Below, one piece after another: positions 49,490 through 59,881 of a stretch of 64,000 bases of DNA. Origin of the DNA: Candidatus Binatia bacterium (GTDB lineage: Bacteria > Desulfobacterota > Binatia > HRBIN30 > BPIQ01); assembly GCA_026004195.1 (NCBI GenBank), contig BPIQ01000001.1, positions 653,871 to 717,870 of the forward strand. The letters are read 5' to 3'. The notes under the pieces were generated by a model. That model searched no databases. It was given only the letters and a program-made list of their open reading frames with translations, and was not told the origin of the DNA. Numbering within the stretch: position 1 is the first letter of the stretch; the number at the start of each line of letters is the position of its first letter. The translations under genes were made by a program, and so were the position numbers.

Positions 49490-50980
49490 ATGGGTCAGGC
49501 AAAGGTGAAGGCGCACGGGGCGCGTGTCGCGCTCGCACTCTTGCTCGTCGTGGCACTGGGCGTTCCCGGCGCCGGCGCGATCAGCTTCTGGTCGGAAAAA
49601 AAAGAGGAGCCCGAAGTCTCCCGAGAGGAGGGCGGGGGTACGGCCGAGCGACCCCGGGTCGCCTTGCCGGACTTCACGGTGCTGGCCGAGAAGCTCGGTC
49701 CCGCGGTCGTGAACATCTCGACCACCTCGAAAGCCACCGCGTTCGGCTCTTCGGAGTCGCCGTTCGGCCCCGAGGATCCCTTCCACGAGTTCTGGAAGAG
49801 GTTCGAGCCTTTCTTCGGCCCGTTCCCCCCGAGACCCGTCCCGCAGAAGAGCCTCGGCTCGGGTTTCCTGATCAATCGGGACGGCTACATCCTGACGAAC
49901 AACCACGTGATCGAAGACGCCGAGGAAATCACGGTGCGGCTCAACGACGAAACCGAGTACGCGGCCAGAATCGTGGGACGCGACCCGAAAACGGACATCG
50001 CCGTGATTCGCATCGAGGGGAACTTCGACATCGAGCCGGTCGTGATGGGCGACTCCGACGCGCTCAAGGTCGGCGAGTGGGTCATGGCCATCGGCAATCC
50101 CTTCGGCCTCGACCACACCGTGACGGTCGGGATCGTGAGCGCGAAGGGACGTTTCATCGGGCAGGGAAGTTACGACAACTTCATCCAGACGGATGCCGCC
50201 ATCAATCCGGGGAACTCCGGCGGGCCGCTCATCAACCTCGAGGGGAAAGTCGTCGGCATCAACACGGCGATTTTCAGCCGGACCGGAGGCAACATCGGAA
50301 TCGGCTTCGCGATTCCGATCAACCTCGCCAAGGACATTCTCCCCGACCTCATCGAAAAGGGGAAAGTCACTCGTGGCTGGCTAGGGGTCCTGATCCAGAA
50401 GGTGACGCCGGACATCGCCGAGTCGCTCGGACTCGAAGAGCCCAGGGGCGCTCTGGTGGCGGACGTCCTCGAGGGCCCGGCCCGGGAAGCCGGCATCAAG
50501 GTGGGGGACGTGATCGTCGAGTTCGACGGTCACGCCATCCGAGAATCCAGCGACCTGCCCTTGCTCGTCGCGAGAACCCGCCCCGGCAAAAAGGTCAAGG
50601 TCAAGGTCATCCGGGACGGGAAGCCCCGCACTCTCGAGGTCACGATCGCCGAGATGAAGGAGGAGGAAGTCGAAGTCGCGACGACGGAAACCGAGGACAT
50701 CGGGCTCACCGTACAGACTCTCACCCCCGACCTGGCCGAAAGCCTGGGTATCGAGAGGACCCTCAAGGGGGTCCTCGTGACCGGAGTCGAGCCGGGGAGC
50801 CCGGCGGACCGCGCGGGCTTGCGAAGGGCGGACGTGATCCTGGAAGTGGACCGCGAACCGGTCGAAGACGCCGACACGTTCCGCAAAGTCCTGCGTGCCA
50901 AGAAGACGCAGAAGAGCATCCTCCTCTGGGTACGGCGGGGAGAAAACACGATCTTCCTTGCCCTCAAACCGAAGAGATAG
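49490..50980 (+). CDS. degP: DegP/DegQ (HtrA) periplasmic serine protease with 2 PDZ domains
   Basis: LTNNHV, DIAV, TDAAINPGNSGGPL, two PDZ segments. Confidence 0.95.
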   Translation: MGQAKVKAHGARVALALLLVVALGVPGAGAISFWSEKKEEPEVSREEGGGTAERPRVALPDFTVLAEKLGPAVVNISTTSKATAFGSSESPFGPEDPFHEFWKRFEPFFGPFPPRPVPQKSLGSGFLINRDGYILTNNHVIEDAEEITVRLNDETEYAARIVGRDPKTDIAVIRIEGNFDIEPVVMGDSDALKVGEWVMAIGNPFGLDHTVTVGIVSAKGRFIGQGSYDNFIQTDAAINPGNSGGPLINLEGKVVGINTAIFSRTGGNIGIGFAIPINLAKDILPDLIEKGKVTRGWLGVLIQKVTPDIAESLGLEEPRGALVADVLEGPAREAGIKVGDVIVEFDGHAIRESSDLPLLVARTRPGKKVKVKVIRDGKPRTLEVTIAEMKEEEVEVATTETEDIGLTVQTLTPDLAESLGIERTLKGVLVTGVEPGSPADRAGLRRADVILEVDREPVEDADTFRKVLRAKKTQKSILLWVRRGENTIFLALKPKR

Positions 50981-53270
50981 GCGGAAGAAAAACTCCCGGC
51001 GCCTGCAGGCCTGGTTCAGCCTTTTCGCGCTCGCGGGGACTCTCGTCCTGTTCGGTGCGGGCGCGATCGCGGTCTACGCGGTCTCGCTCGACCGGGTCCT
51101 GGTCGAGAAGTTTTCCGGGCGCAGGTGGGACTTTCCCTCGAAGATCTACTCCGACTCGACGCTCCTCTACCCCGGCGTGAATCTCCGGGCTCTCGGGCTC
51201 GAACGCAGGCTCGAGCGGCTCGGCTACAGAGAAGTCGGGGAGAGGGTTTCGCGCCCCGGGCAGTACCGTCGCTCCGCGGAGCGACTGGAAATCTACCTAC
51301 GCCCCTTTCCCTATGCCGCGGGCCCCAGTCCGGCCCGAGCCGTCTCGGTGCACACGAAGGGAGGGCGAGTCGTCCGAATCGAGGACGCCGTGACCGGTGC
51401 GGAGCTACCGTCCCTGGAACTCGAGCCCGAGCTGGTCGCGGGCCTCTACCAGGACGTGTGGGAACAGCGGCGGTTTTTGCCCCTGGAGAAGATTCCCGCC
51501 CTCCTGGTCCACGCGGTCCTGGCCGTCGAGGACCAGCGTTTTTTCGAGCACCACGGAATCGACCCGCTCGGCATCGCCCGCGCTTTCTGGACGAACCTCG
51601 CTTCCGGCAGGATCGTGCAGGGAGGGTCCACCCTCACGCAGCAACTCGTGAAGAACTTCTTTTTCGGGAGCGAACGCAGCTTCCGCAGGAAGTTCCGCGA
51701 AGCCCTCATGGCGTTGCTGGCCGAGCGTCGGTATTCGAAACGCAAGATCCTCGAAACGTACCTGAACGAGATCTACTGGGGGCAGAACGGACCGCAGGGG
51801 ATCTTCGGCGTGTGGGAGGCGTCCCGCTTCTACTTCCGGAAAGAACCGTCGGAACTCTCCTTGCCGGAAGCCGCGCTCCTGGCGGGTCTCATCCGAGCTC
51901 CCAACGCCTATTCTCCCTTTCGCAACCCGGAACGGGCACGCGCACGGCGGAACCACGTCCTTCGCCTGATGCACCGCCGGGGCATCCTCACGAAGGCACA
52001 ACTCCGGGAAGCCGAAGCCGCGCCCCTGGGTGTCGTGCCTCCACCCGAGGAACGCCCCGACGCTCCCTACTTCGTCGATTTCCTGCGCCGGGAGCTGCTG
52101 CGGAACTACCCCGAAGAGACGCTCGTCCGCGACGGCCTCTGGATCCTGAGCACGCTCGACGTCGAAATGCAAAAGGCCGCCGAGCGAGCCGTCCGGGAGG
52201 GTCTCGAGGAACTCGAGCGGCGATACCCTCGCCTGGCGAAGAGCGGGGCGCCACTCGAGGCCTGTCTCGTGGCCCTTCGCCCCCAGACCGGAGAAATCAA
52301 GGCGATGATGGGGGGGCGGGACTACCGACAGACGCAGTTCAACCGGGTCACCCAGGCCCGGAGGCAGCCGGGATCCGTCTTCAAGCCCTTCGTGTATCTC
52401 GCCGCACTCGATCACGCCCCGGGTCGCAGCGCCGTGCGCCCGACGACGCTCCTGCTCGACGAGCCGTTCACCTGGGAGTACGACGGCCGGCGATGGTCGC
52501 CGGAGAACTACCGCAGCGTTTTCTTCGGGCCCGTGACCGTCCGTACGGCGCTCGAGCGGTCGCTCAACGCCGCCACGGCCCGTCTCGCGCGCGAGACGGG
52601 GCTCGAGCGGATCCGTTCGGTGGCCCGCAGGATGGGAATCGAAAGTCCGCTGCCGCTGTACCCGGCCATGGTTCTCGGGGCCGTCGACGTCACCCCTCTC
52701 GAAGTCGCCACGGCTTACGCCGCTCTCGCGAACCAGGGCTTGCGGGCCACCCCTTTCGCCGTCCGCGCGGTCCTCGACCCGTCCGGGAAGCTCGTCGAAC
52801 GGCGGCCGGTGGAGATTCACCAGGCCGTGCGACCCGAGGTCGCCTATCTCGTCACCCATATCCTCGAAGGGGTCCTCGACCGTGGTACGGGCGCGGACGT
52901 CCGCCGACTCGGTTTCCTGGAACCGGCGGCCGGGAAGACCGGGACCACGAACGACTACCGGGACGCGTGGTTCGCCGGTTTCACCCCGGACCTGGTCGCG
53001 GTGGTCTGGGTGGGCTTCGACGACAACCGTCCCGTGGGCCTCACCGGAGCACAGGCTGCGCTCCCGATCTGGGTGCGCTTCATGAAGGAGGCCACTGCGG
53101 CGTACCCGAGCCGTCCGTTCCAGCCACCTCCCGGCGTTCGTCTCGTTCGGATCGACCCCGAAAGCGGAAAACTCGCCACCGAACGCTGCCCGCGATCCAT
53201 CGAGGAGGCATTTCTCGAAGGAGAAGAGCCCGTCGAGCCCTGCCCTCTCCACCGCGACGTGTTATTCTGA
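50895..53270 (+). CDS. mrcB: class A penicillin-binding protein (PBP1B-like with UB2H region)
   Basis: EDQRFFEH, GGSTLTQQLVKN, RKFRE, SVFK, SLN, KTG; start uncertain. Confidence 0.88.
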   Translation: MPRRRRRASSSGYGGEKTRSSLPSNRRDRRKKNSRRLQAWFSLFALAGTLVLFGAGAIAVYAVSLDRVLVEKFSGRRWDFPSKIYSDSTLLYPGVNLRALGLERRLERLGYREVGERVSRPGQYRRSAERLEIYLRPFPYAAGPSPARAVSVHTKGGRVVRIEDAVTGAELPSLELEPELVAGLYQDVWEQRRFLPLEKIPALLVHAVLAVEDQRFFEHHGIDPLGIARAFWTNLASGRIVQGGSTLTQQLVKNFFFGSERSFRRKFREALMALLAERRYSKRKILETYLNEIYWGQNGPQGIFGVWEASRFYFRKEPSELSLPEAALLAGLIRAPNAYSPFRNPERARARRNHVLRLMHRRGILTKAQLREAEAAPLGVVPPPEERPDAPYFVDFLRRELLRNYPEETLVRDGLWILSTLDVEMQKAAERAVREGLEELERRYPRLAKSGAPLEACLVALRPQTGEIKAMMGGRDYRQTQFNRVTQARRQPGSVFKPFVYLAALDHAPGRSAVRPTTLLLDEPFTWEYDGRRWSPENYRSVFFGPVTVRTALERSLNAATARLARETGLERIRSVARRMGIESPLPLYPAMVLGAVDVTPLEVATAYAALANQGLRATPFAVRAVLDPSGKLVERRPVEIHQAVRPEVAYLVTHILEGVLDRGTGADVRRLGFLEPAAGKTGTTNDYRDAWFAGFTPDLVAVVWVGFDDNRPVGLTGAQAALPIWVRFMKEATAAYPSRPFQPPPGVRLVRIDPESGKLATERCPRSIEEAFLEGEEPVEPCPLHRDVLF

Positions 53271-53276
53271 GTGCCG

Positions 53277-53813
53277 ATGCCCAAACCGACGACGTGGCAG
53301 GTAGTCTTCCTGCTCCCGCTCGGAGCTTGCCTCGCTTCGCCTCCGAAGCCCGCCCCACCCCTTGCTCGCGCCGCGGAGCCGGAATCGGATTTGCCGCCCC
53401 CGACCCGGATCGTGCCCGCGGGGGGACCGCAACTCGCGGCCTCTCCCGCGCAGGCGTTCGTCGAACAAGGGCGCGAGGCATTCGAAGCCGGCCGGTTCGA
53501 CCTGGCTCTCGACCGGCTGGAGACCGCCGTGCGGATCGACCCGACCAACGCGGAAGCGTACTACTGGCTCGCACGGCTCCACTACCGGAGGGGCCGTCCG
53601 GACCAGGCGGTCGCTTTCGCCCGGAAGGCCGCCCTGCTTTTCTCCCGTGTCGATCTTTCCTGGGCTTCCCGCGCGTATGCTTTCGAGGGGGCCGTCCTCG
53701 AAGAACTCGGGGAGGTTTCCGCGGCAAGAGACGCCTACGGGAAAGCCCTGGAGAACGACCCTGGAAACCCTGCTGCCCGAGCGGGCCTTGCGCGGCTCGG
53801 CCTTTTTCGGTGA
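53277..53813 (+). CDS. TPR-containing lipoprotein
   Basis: lipobox LGA|C, Pro-rich linker, TPR helices (RIDPTNAEAYYWLA). Confidence 0.75.
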   Translation: MPKPTTWQVVFLLPLGACLASPPKPAPPLARAAEPESDLPPPTRIVPAGGPQLAASPAQAFVEQGREAFEAGRFDLALDRLETAVRIDPTNAEAYYWLARLHYRRGRPDQAVAFARKAALLFSRVDLSWASRAYAFEGAVLEELGEVSAARDAYGKALENDPGNPAARAGLARLGLFR

Positions 53814-53823
53814 GTTCGAAACG

Positions 53824-54825
53824 ATGAAAATCCTCGCCATCGAAAGCTCGTGCGACGACACGGCAGCGGCTGTCCTGGACGGGGAGCGGGTCCTCTCCAC
53901 GATCGTGTCCTCCCAGGATCCCGTCCACGCCCGATACGGCGGCGTCGTGCCGGAGCTGGCCTCGCGCTCGCACATCCGGTCGATCGTCCCGGTGGTTCGC
54001 CGCGCCCTCGAAGAAGCGGCCCTGGAGCTCGGGGAAGTGGACGCCGTCGCGGCCACCTACGGTCCGGGTCTCGTGGGCTCCCTCCTCGTCGGTCTTTCGG
54101 CCGCCAAGGCCATCGCGCTGAGCCGCGGGCTTCGGTTTCTCGGCGTGAACCACCTCGAGGGCCACGTACTCTCTCCCCGTCTCGAGCAAGACGTGCCCTT
54201 TCCGTACCTGGCTCTCCTCGTCTCCGGAGGCCACACGAGCCTCTGCCTGGTCGAAGATGTCGGGCGGTACCGGGTGCTCGGCCAGACCCGAGACGACGCC
54301 GCCGGCGAGGCGTTCGACAAGGCCGCCAAGATTCTCGGGCTCGGCTATCCCGGAGGCAGGGTCATCGACAACCTGGCCGCCCGCGGGGATCCCACGACGG
54401 TCCGCCTGCCCCGCGCCCGGTTGAAAAGCGGGTCTTCCGAACCGTGCTTCGACTTCAGCTTCAGCGGACTCAAGACGGCGCTCTGGCAGTGCGTGCGAAA
54501 CCGGGACCCGAGGGAAATCGGCATCGAGAACCTCGCCGCGTCGTTCCAGGAAGCGGTCGTCGACATGCTGCTCGAGCCGACCGTCGCGGCGATCACGAAA
54601 TTCCGGTGCCGGCGACTGGTGCTGGCCGGGGGAGTGGCTGCCAACTCCCGGCTGCGCGCGAGGGCCCGAGAAGAAGCCTCGCGCCTCGGCGTGGACCTTT
54701 TCCTCACCCCCCTTCGGTACTGCACCGACAACGCCGCGATGATCGGGCTCGCGGCTTTCTACCGGCTCCGGCGGGGGGAACGTTCGCCTTGGACGCTCAA
54801 TGCGGAACCGAACCTCGCCCTGTGA
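53824..54825 (+). CDS. tsaD: tRNA N6-adenosine threonylcarbamoyltransferase
   Basis: IESSCDDT, GGVVPELASRSH, HLEGH, VSGGHT, DDAAGEAFDK, FSFSGLKT, TDNAAMI. Confidence 0.97.
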   Translation: MKILAIESSCDDTAAAVLDGERVLSTIVSSQDPVHARYGGVVPELASRSHIRSIVPVVRRALEEAALELGEVDAVAATYGPGLVGSLLVGLSAAKAIALSRGLRFLGVNHLEGHVLSPRLEQDVPFPYLALLVSGGHTSLCLVEDVGRYRVLGQTRDDAAGEAFDKAAKILGLGYPGGRVIDNLAARGDPTTVRLPRARLKSGSSEPCFDFSFSGLKTALWQCVRNRDPREIGIENLAASFQEAVVDMLLEPTVAAITKFRCRRLVLAGGVAANSRLRARAREEASRLGVDLFLTPLRYCTDNAAMIGLAAFYRLRRGERSPWTLNAEPNLAL

Positions 54826-55628
54826 GAACGCGCCGCCACCGGCCGCGGCTCGGCCAGCACTTCCTCGCGGATCGGGTGCTCGCCCGCAGGATCGCGGAGC
54901 TCGCGCTCGAGGAACCGTCGGAGTTCTACGTCGAGGTCGGACCCGGCCTCGGTGCCCTGACCGAGCACCTCGTTCCCCGCGTCCCCAGGATCCTTCTGCT
55001 CGAGATCGATCCTAGCCTGGTTCGCGCGCTCCGGGATCGCTACGGATCGATGCCCCACGTGGAGGTCCGCGAAGCCGACGCCTCGGAGTTCGACTGGAAA
55101 TCCTCGACCGCCTCCGTCTCCAGCGTCACGGTGGTCGGAAACCTGCCCTACCGCGTGGGCACCAGGATCGTGACCGACGTTCTGGGGCAGGTCGACAAGC
55201 TCCGCACGGCGGTTTTCATGCTGCAGCGAGAGGTGGCGGAACGGCTCGTGGCGGAGCCCGGGAGCCGCGATTACGGGAGCCTCAGCGTCCTCGCACGACT
55301 CCGGCACGACCTCCGGATCGCCCTGCGCGTGCGTCCGGGCGCCTTCCGGCCCCCGCCGAAGGTACATTCGGCCGTCGTGGTCGCAAGGCGGCTCTCCCGG
55401 CCCCGCGTCGAGGTGCCCGACGTCGCCGCGTTCGAAGGCCTCGTGCGGGCGCTGTTCCGCGGACGTCGGAAGCAGCTACGCAACGTCGCTTCCTCGATCT
55501 GGCAGGACGCCGAAGCCGTGTTGCGCCGCGCCGGGATCGATCCGAGCCGCAGGGCCGAAACCCTGAGCCTCGAGGAGTTCGCGCGTCTCGCGCATCTCGG
55601 ACGTCATGCCCGAGCTGCCCGAAGTTGA
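54822..55628 (+). CDS. rsmA: 16S rRNA adenine dimethyltransferase
   Basis: LGQHFL, EVGPGLGALT, GNLPY, QREVAERL, FRPPPKVHS. Confidence 0.95.
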   Translation: MRTRRHRPRLGQHFLADRVLARRIAELALEEPSEFYVEVGPGLGALTEHLVPRVPRILLLEIDPSLVRALRDRYGSMPHVEVREADASEFDWKSSTASVSSVTVVGNLPYRVGTRIVTDVLGQVDKLRTAVFMLQREVAERLVAEPGSRDYGSLSVLARLRHDLRIALRVRPGAFRPPPKVHSAVVVARRLSRPRVEVPDVAAFEGLVRALFRGRRKQLRNVASSIWQDAEAVLRRAGIDPSRRAETLSLEEFARLAHLGRHARAARS

Positions 55629-56409
55629 GACCATCCGCCGACAGCTCGCCCGACGAGTCCTGCGAACCACCCTCGAGCGTGTCGAGGTTTTCGAGACCCG
55701 GCTGCGGCGCCGGGTTCCGGCGAGGAGGCTCCACGGCCTCGAGGGCCGGATGCTCGCGGCGTTGGAACGGTACGGCAAGTACCTGCTTTTCCACTTCGCC
55801 CCGGACGGCCCGACGCTCTTTTTCCACCTCGGGATGACGGGACGCCTCCTCTGCGACGGCACTCCACCCCCGCACACCCACCTGCGGCTGCGGTTTTCGC
55901 GCTCCGTCGTCCTCTACGCCGACGCGCGCCGATTCGGTATCCTGGGCCTGTCCTCGCGAAGGTTTCCCGAAGAGCTTTCCCGGTTGGGCCCGGACGCCCT
56001 CTCCGAGACTTTCTCCCCCTCCTACCTGGCAGCCCGCTCCCGGGGAAGGAAGCGCGCCATCCACAGCCTGCTTCTCGACCAGCGGGAAGTCGCCGGGATC
56101 GGCAACATCTATGCCTCGGAAATCCTCCACGTAGCGGGTATCCGGCCGTATCGGCCCGCGGGCTCTCTCGAGCCCCGGCACTTCCGACACCTCGTCGGCG
56201 CCACGCGCGCGGTTCTCCGCGAAGCGATCCGGCACCGGGGCACGTCGATTTCCGACTATCGCGACGTGGCCGGCAGGCCGGGCCGCTACCAGCACCGGCT
56301 GCGCGTATACGGGCGCGCCAGCATGCCCTGCCCGGCCTGCGGCGAACCCCTCCGCTCCTCCCGGATCGCCGGTCGCACCTCGTTTTTCTGCGAGCGGTGT
56401 CAGGTTTGA
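55606..56409 (+). CDS. mutM: formamidopyrimidine-DNA glycosylase
   Basis: MPELPEVE, GKYL, HLGMTG, GIGNIYASE, zinc finger CPAC...CERCQ. Confidence 0.96.
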   Translation: MPELPEVETIRRQLARRVLRTTLERVEVFETRLRRRVPARRLHGLEGRMLAALERYGKYLLFHFAPDGPTLFFHLGMTGRLLCDGTPPPHTHLRLRFSRSVVLYADARRFGILGLSSRRFPEELSRLGPDALSETFSPSYLAARSRGRKRAIHSLLLDQREVAGIGNIYASEILHVAGIRPYRPAGSLEPRHFRHLVGATRAVLREAIRHRGTSISDYRDVAGRPGRYQHRLRVYGRASMPCPACGEPLRSSRIAGRTSFFCERCQV

Positions 56410-57326
56410 GCCATTCGCCACCAGGCTTCGGCCTCGTCCAGGACCCGCTCTTCCGGGAGTCCGTGGCGGCAGAGGACGCGGCAACCGCAGGTTCCGTCAC
56501 GCCGCGCCACGACCGTGCGAAAAAGCGGGGAACGCGGAGACCACGAGGGAAAGGACTCCTCGGGAAAGAGCGCCAGCCCCCGGCACCCGGCGGCGGCCGC
56601 GAGGTGCGTGATCCCCGAGTCGTTTCCGGCATAGAAGCTCGCACGCTCGAGAAGAGCGACGACCCTCGGAAGTTCCTGCCGGAAAAGAACGGCCCCTTCG
56701 GGAAAGTAGAGTCCATCTTCCGCCGGCCCTACCAGCCACACCACCGCGCCGCCTTTCGCTTCCCACCAGCGGGCGAGCGCCGGAAAACCTTCCCAGTTCT
56801 TTCTCTTCGAACCGCTGCCCGGATGGAGTGCCAGAAGAGGTTTGCCACCGAGTTTCTGCCGGTCGAGCCAACCTGCCACCCACCGCCGCTCCTCCTCGCG
56901 GGGCGAAAGGAAAACCGGTTTCGGTTCCACACCGAGACACCGGGCATAGTAGTCGACGGCGTGCTCTCCCGCGGCGAACGCGCGGAACGAGTAGACGCGA
57001 GCCCGGCGGCGCCCTCCGGATTCCGAAAGGCAGCGCAGGAAATCCGCGTCACCCCGACCGCTCCACGAGTGGACTTCGTCCACTCCCTCCAGCAGCTTCC
57101 GGGGCACCCACGGAGGCTCCGGGGAGTAGAGCTCCGCCACCTCGCGCGAGTCGAGATCGTGCGTTTCGATCGCCTCGTCGCGCAACAGGGAGAGCCACTC
57201 CGATCGAGCGACCAGCAGGATCTCGGCGTCCGGCCGCTTCTCTCGGAAGCCGAGGAGGGCCGGCAAGAAACACAGAAAGTCGCCGAGGGCTCCGGGGTAG
57301 AGAAAGAGAACCCGCCTCCCCCGCAC
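56400..57326 (-). CDS. glycosyltransferase family 9 (heptosyltransferase-like)
   Basis: GALGDF, HPGSGSKRKNW, GNDSGITHLAAA. Confidence 0.85.
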   Translation of the reverse strand: MRGRRVLFLYPGALGDFLCFLPALLGFREKRPDAEILLVARSEWLSLLRDEAIETHDLDSREVAELYSPEPPWVPRKLLEGVDEVHSWSGRGDADFLRCLSESGGRRRARVYSFRAFAAGEHAVDYYARCLGVEPKPVFLSPREEERRWVAGWLDRQKLGGKPLLALHPGSGSKRKNWEGFPALARWWEAKGGAVVWLVGPAEDGLYFPEGAVLFRQELPRVVALLERASFYAGNDSGITHLAAAAGCRGLALFPEESFPSWSPRSPLFRTVVARRDGTCGCRVLCRHGLPEERVLDEAEAWWRMAQT

Positions 57327-57349
57327 CGCGTGCGTCCCACGATCCGAAA

Positions 57350-57378
57350 TTGACACCGCAGGAACCCGCCGATAAGGT
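57350..57378 (+). promoter_or_regulatory. sigma70-type promoter TTGACA-N17-TAAGGT for cysK-larE
   Basis: perfect -35 at 57350-57355, -10 at 57373-57378. Confidence 0.65.
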
Positions 57379-57396
57379 CTCCCGAGAAAGCTTCCC

Positions 57397-58329
57397 ATGC
57401 GCCCCTCCGTCGTGCAATCTCCCCTCGAGCTCATCGGTGAAACTCCCGTGGTTCGCCTGAACCGCCTCGTCGGGAAGGAGGACGCGGAGGTCTGGGGAAA
57501 GCTCGAGTCCATGAACCCGGGCGGGAGCGTGAAAGACCGCATCTGCCTCAACATGGTCGCGGTGGCCGAAGAGCAGGGACTTCTCCGTCCGGGTGACGTG
57601 ATCATCGAGCCCACGAGCGGAAACACGGGAATCGGGCTCGCCCTCGTGGCCGCGGTCCGGGGGTACCGCCTCGTCCTGACGATGCCGGATACGATGAGCG
57701 AGGAACGCCGCAGCCTGCTGGTCGCCTACGGCGCCGAGCTCGTGCTGACGCCGGACAACAAAGGCATGGGCGCGGCGATCGAGCGGGCCGAAGAGCTGCT
57801 CGAGGAACACCCGAACGCGTTCATGCCGCAGCAGTTCAGTAACCCTGCCAACCCCGACGCCCACAGAAAGACGACGGCGCGGGAACTCCTCGAGCAGTTC
57901 CCGAAAATCGACGCTTTCGTCGCCGGAGTCGGTACCGGCGGCACGATCACGGGCGTAGGGGAGGTGCTCAAGCAGACGTGGAAAGACATCCTGCTCGTGG
58001 CCGTCGAACCGGCAGCCTCCCCCGTACTCTCGGGGGGAGAGCCCGGATTCCATCGGATCCAGGGAATCGGCGCCGGTTTCGTGCCGGAAATTCTCAACAC
58101 GGAAATCTACGACGAAGTCATCACCGTGACGGACGAGGACGCCCTCGAGTACACGCGGCGGCTCGCCCGCGAAGAAGGGCTCCTCCTCGGCATTTCCTCC
58201 GGAGCCAACACGTACGCGGCGCTCCAAGTGGCGCGCCGGCTCGGACCGGGAAAGACCGTCGTCACGGTCTTCTGCGACACCGGCGAACGCTACCTTACGA
58301 CGGAGGTTTTTCGGGGTGAAGGAATCTGA
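57397..58329 (+). CDS. cysK: cysteine synthase A
   Basis: [30 protein letters not shown]. Confidence 0.95.
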   Translation: MRPSVVQSPLELIGETPVVRLNRLVGKEDAEVWGKLESMNPGGSVKDRICLNMVAVAEEQGLLRPGDVIIEPTSGNTGIGLALVAAVRGYRLVLTMPDTMSEERRSLLVAYGAELVLTPDNKGMGAAIERAEELLEEHPNAFMPQQFSNPANPDAHRKTTARELLEQFPKIDAFVAGVGTGGTITGVGEVLKQTWKDILLVAVEPAASPVLSGGEPGFHRIQGIGAGFVPEILNTEIYDEVITVTDEDALEYTRRLAREEGLLLGISSGANTYAALQVARRLGPGKTVVTVFCDTGERYLTTEVFRGEGI

Positions 58330-59173
58330 AACGCCGCAGGCGAAACTCGAGCGACTGCGTCTCTTGCTCGGACGGATGGACTCGGCCCTCCTCGCCTTTT
58401 CGGGCGGAGTGGACTCGAGCTTTCTCTTGCGCGTGGCGCGGGATGTCCTCGGCCCCCGGCTCGTGGCCCTCACGGTCCGGAGCCCGACCGCCGACCCTCG
58501 CGAGGCGCAGAGTGCGGTCTCGCTCGCCCGCGAACTCGGCGTGGAACACGTCTGCGTCGACTCGGACGAGCTCGCCATCCCTGGCTACGCCGAAAACCCC
58601 GTCGACCGGTGTTATTTCTGCAAGGGGAACCTTTTCGAGCTCTGCCACCGCGAAGCGAGCCGCCGGGGGATCTCGGCGATCCTCGACGGCGTGAACGTGG
58701 ACGACCTGGGCGACTACCGCCCGGGATTGCGGGCGGCGGACGAGCACCGCGTGCGACACCCGCTCGTCGAAGCGGGACTGCGCAAGCAGGACATCCGTGA
58801 ACTCAGCCGGGAGATGGGCCTTCCGACCTGGGACAAGCCCGCGAGCCCGTGTCTTTCGTCCCGCTTTCCCTACGGGACGCGCATCACGCGGGAGCGAATC
58901 GCGCAAGTCGCCGCCGCCGAGGAACACCTGCGCAGCCTCGGTTTTCGAGCCTGCCGCGTCCGCTACCACGAGGCGATCGCACGGATCGAAGTCCCGGTGA
59001 CGGATCTCGCGAGACTTTGCGACGAAGAGTTGCGCACGAGCGTCGTGCGACGGCTCCGGGAACTCGGCTTTACCTACGTGACCCTCGACCTCCAGGGACT
59101 CCGCAGCGGGAGCCTCAACGAGGTGCTCTTCGCAGACGCGAACGTGCCCAATCCAGGTCCTCGGGCGTCGTGA
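58316..59173 (+). CDS. larE: LarE-family ATP-dependent sulfur transferase (PP-loop)
   Basis: [45 protein letters not shown]. Confidence 0.88.
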   Translation: MKESETPQAKLERLRLLLGRMDSALLAFSGGVDSSFLLRVARDVLGPRLVALTVRSPTADPREAQSAVSLARELGVEHVCVDSDELAIPGYAENPVDRCYFCKGNLFELCHREASRRGISAILDGVNVDDLGDYRPGLRAADEHRVRHPLVEAGLRKQDIRELSREMGLPTWDKPASPCLSSRFPYGTRITRERIAQVAAAEEHLRSLGFRACRVRYHEAIARIEVPVTDLARLCDEELRTSVVRRLRELGFTYVTLDLQGLRSGSLNEVLFADANVPNPGPRAS

Positions 59174-59801
59174 TCTTCCTGTTTTCCCGGCTCCCACGGA
59201 CGACCCACACGGGCCGGCCGAGCCGTTCGACCAGCGCGGCGTCGTCCGTCGCCCGGTAACCTTCCTGCCGTGCCCGCTCGTGCGCCTCGGCCAGGAGCGA
59301 GCGGCGGAACACTTGCGGGGTCTGCACCGCCCGGAGACGCACACGATCGAGGGTTCGGAGGACCTTCCCGCTCGAATCCACCTCTTTGATCGTGTCCGTC
59401 ACCGGGAGCGCCGCCACGACCGCTTCCAGCTCGGCTGCCGCGTGGATGCAGTCTTCGACGAGACGCGGGGAGACGAAAGGCCGCGCCGCGTCGTGGACGA
59501 GAACGAGAGCCCAATGCTCCGGGGACGACCGTAACGCCCGGTAGACCGACTCCTGCCGAGTGGCCCCCCCTTCCACGACGCGAATCGGGAAGGCGCGGAT
59601 TTCCCGCAGTGCGTCGGAGGCCCTCTCCACGCAGCCTGCCGGGACCGCCACGGTGAGCGAGCCGATGTGCGGGCTCCGCGCGAGGGCCGAGACCGTCCAC
59701 CAGAGGAGCGGCCGTCCCTCGAGCTCGACGAAGGCCTTGGGCAGGGTCTCCCCGAGCCGAGTTCCCTGCCCCGCGGCCGCCACCAGGGCGCCGACTTCCA
59801 C
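59115..59801 (-). CDS. ispD: 2-C-methyl-D-erythritol 4-phosphate cytidylyltransferase
   Basis: AAGQGTR, GGATRQESV, VHDAARP, QTPQ, TDDA, KITTPED. Confidence 0.96.
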   Translation of the reverse strand: MEVGALVAAAGQGTRLGETLPKAFVELEGRPLLWWTVSALARSPHIGSLTVAVPAGCVERASDALREIRAFPIRVVEGGATRQESVYRALRSSPEHWALVLVHDAARPFVSPRLVEDCIHAAAELEAVVAALPVTDTIKEVDSSGKVLRTLDRVRLRAVQTPQVFRRSLLAEAHERARQEGYRATDDAALVERLGRPVWVVRGSRENRKITTPEDLDWARSRLRRAPR

Positions 59802-59822
59802 GCGTTCTCACCTCGCCCGACG

Positions 59823-59862
59823 AAAAGAAAAGGCCGGGTCGCGGCGGGCAACCCGGCCTTTT
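59823..59862 (-). terminator. intrinsic terminator after carD
   Basis: stem AAAAGGCCGGGT / ACCCGGCCTTTT; on the minus strand the GC stem is followed by TTTTCTTTT. Confidence 0.8.
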
Positions 59863-59881
59863 CGGAGCCCTTCCGCGGAGT

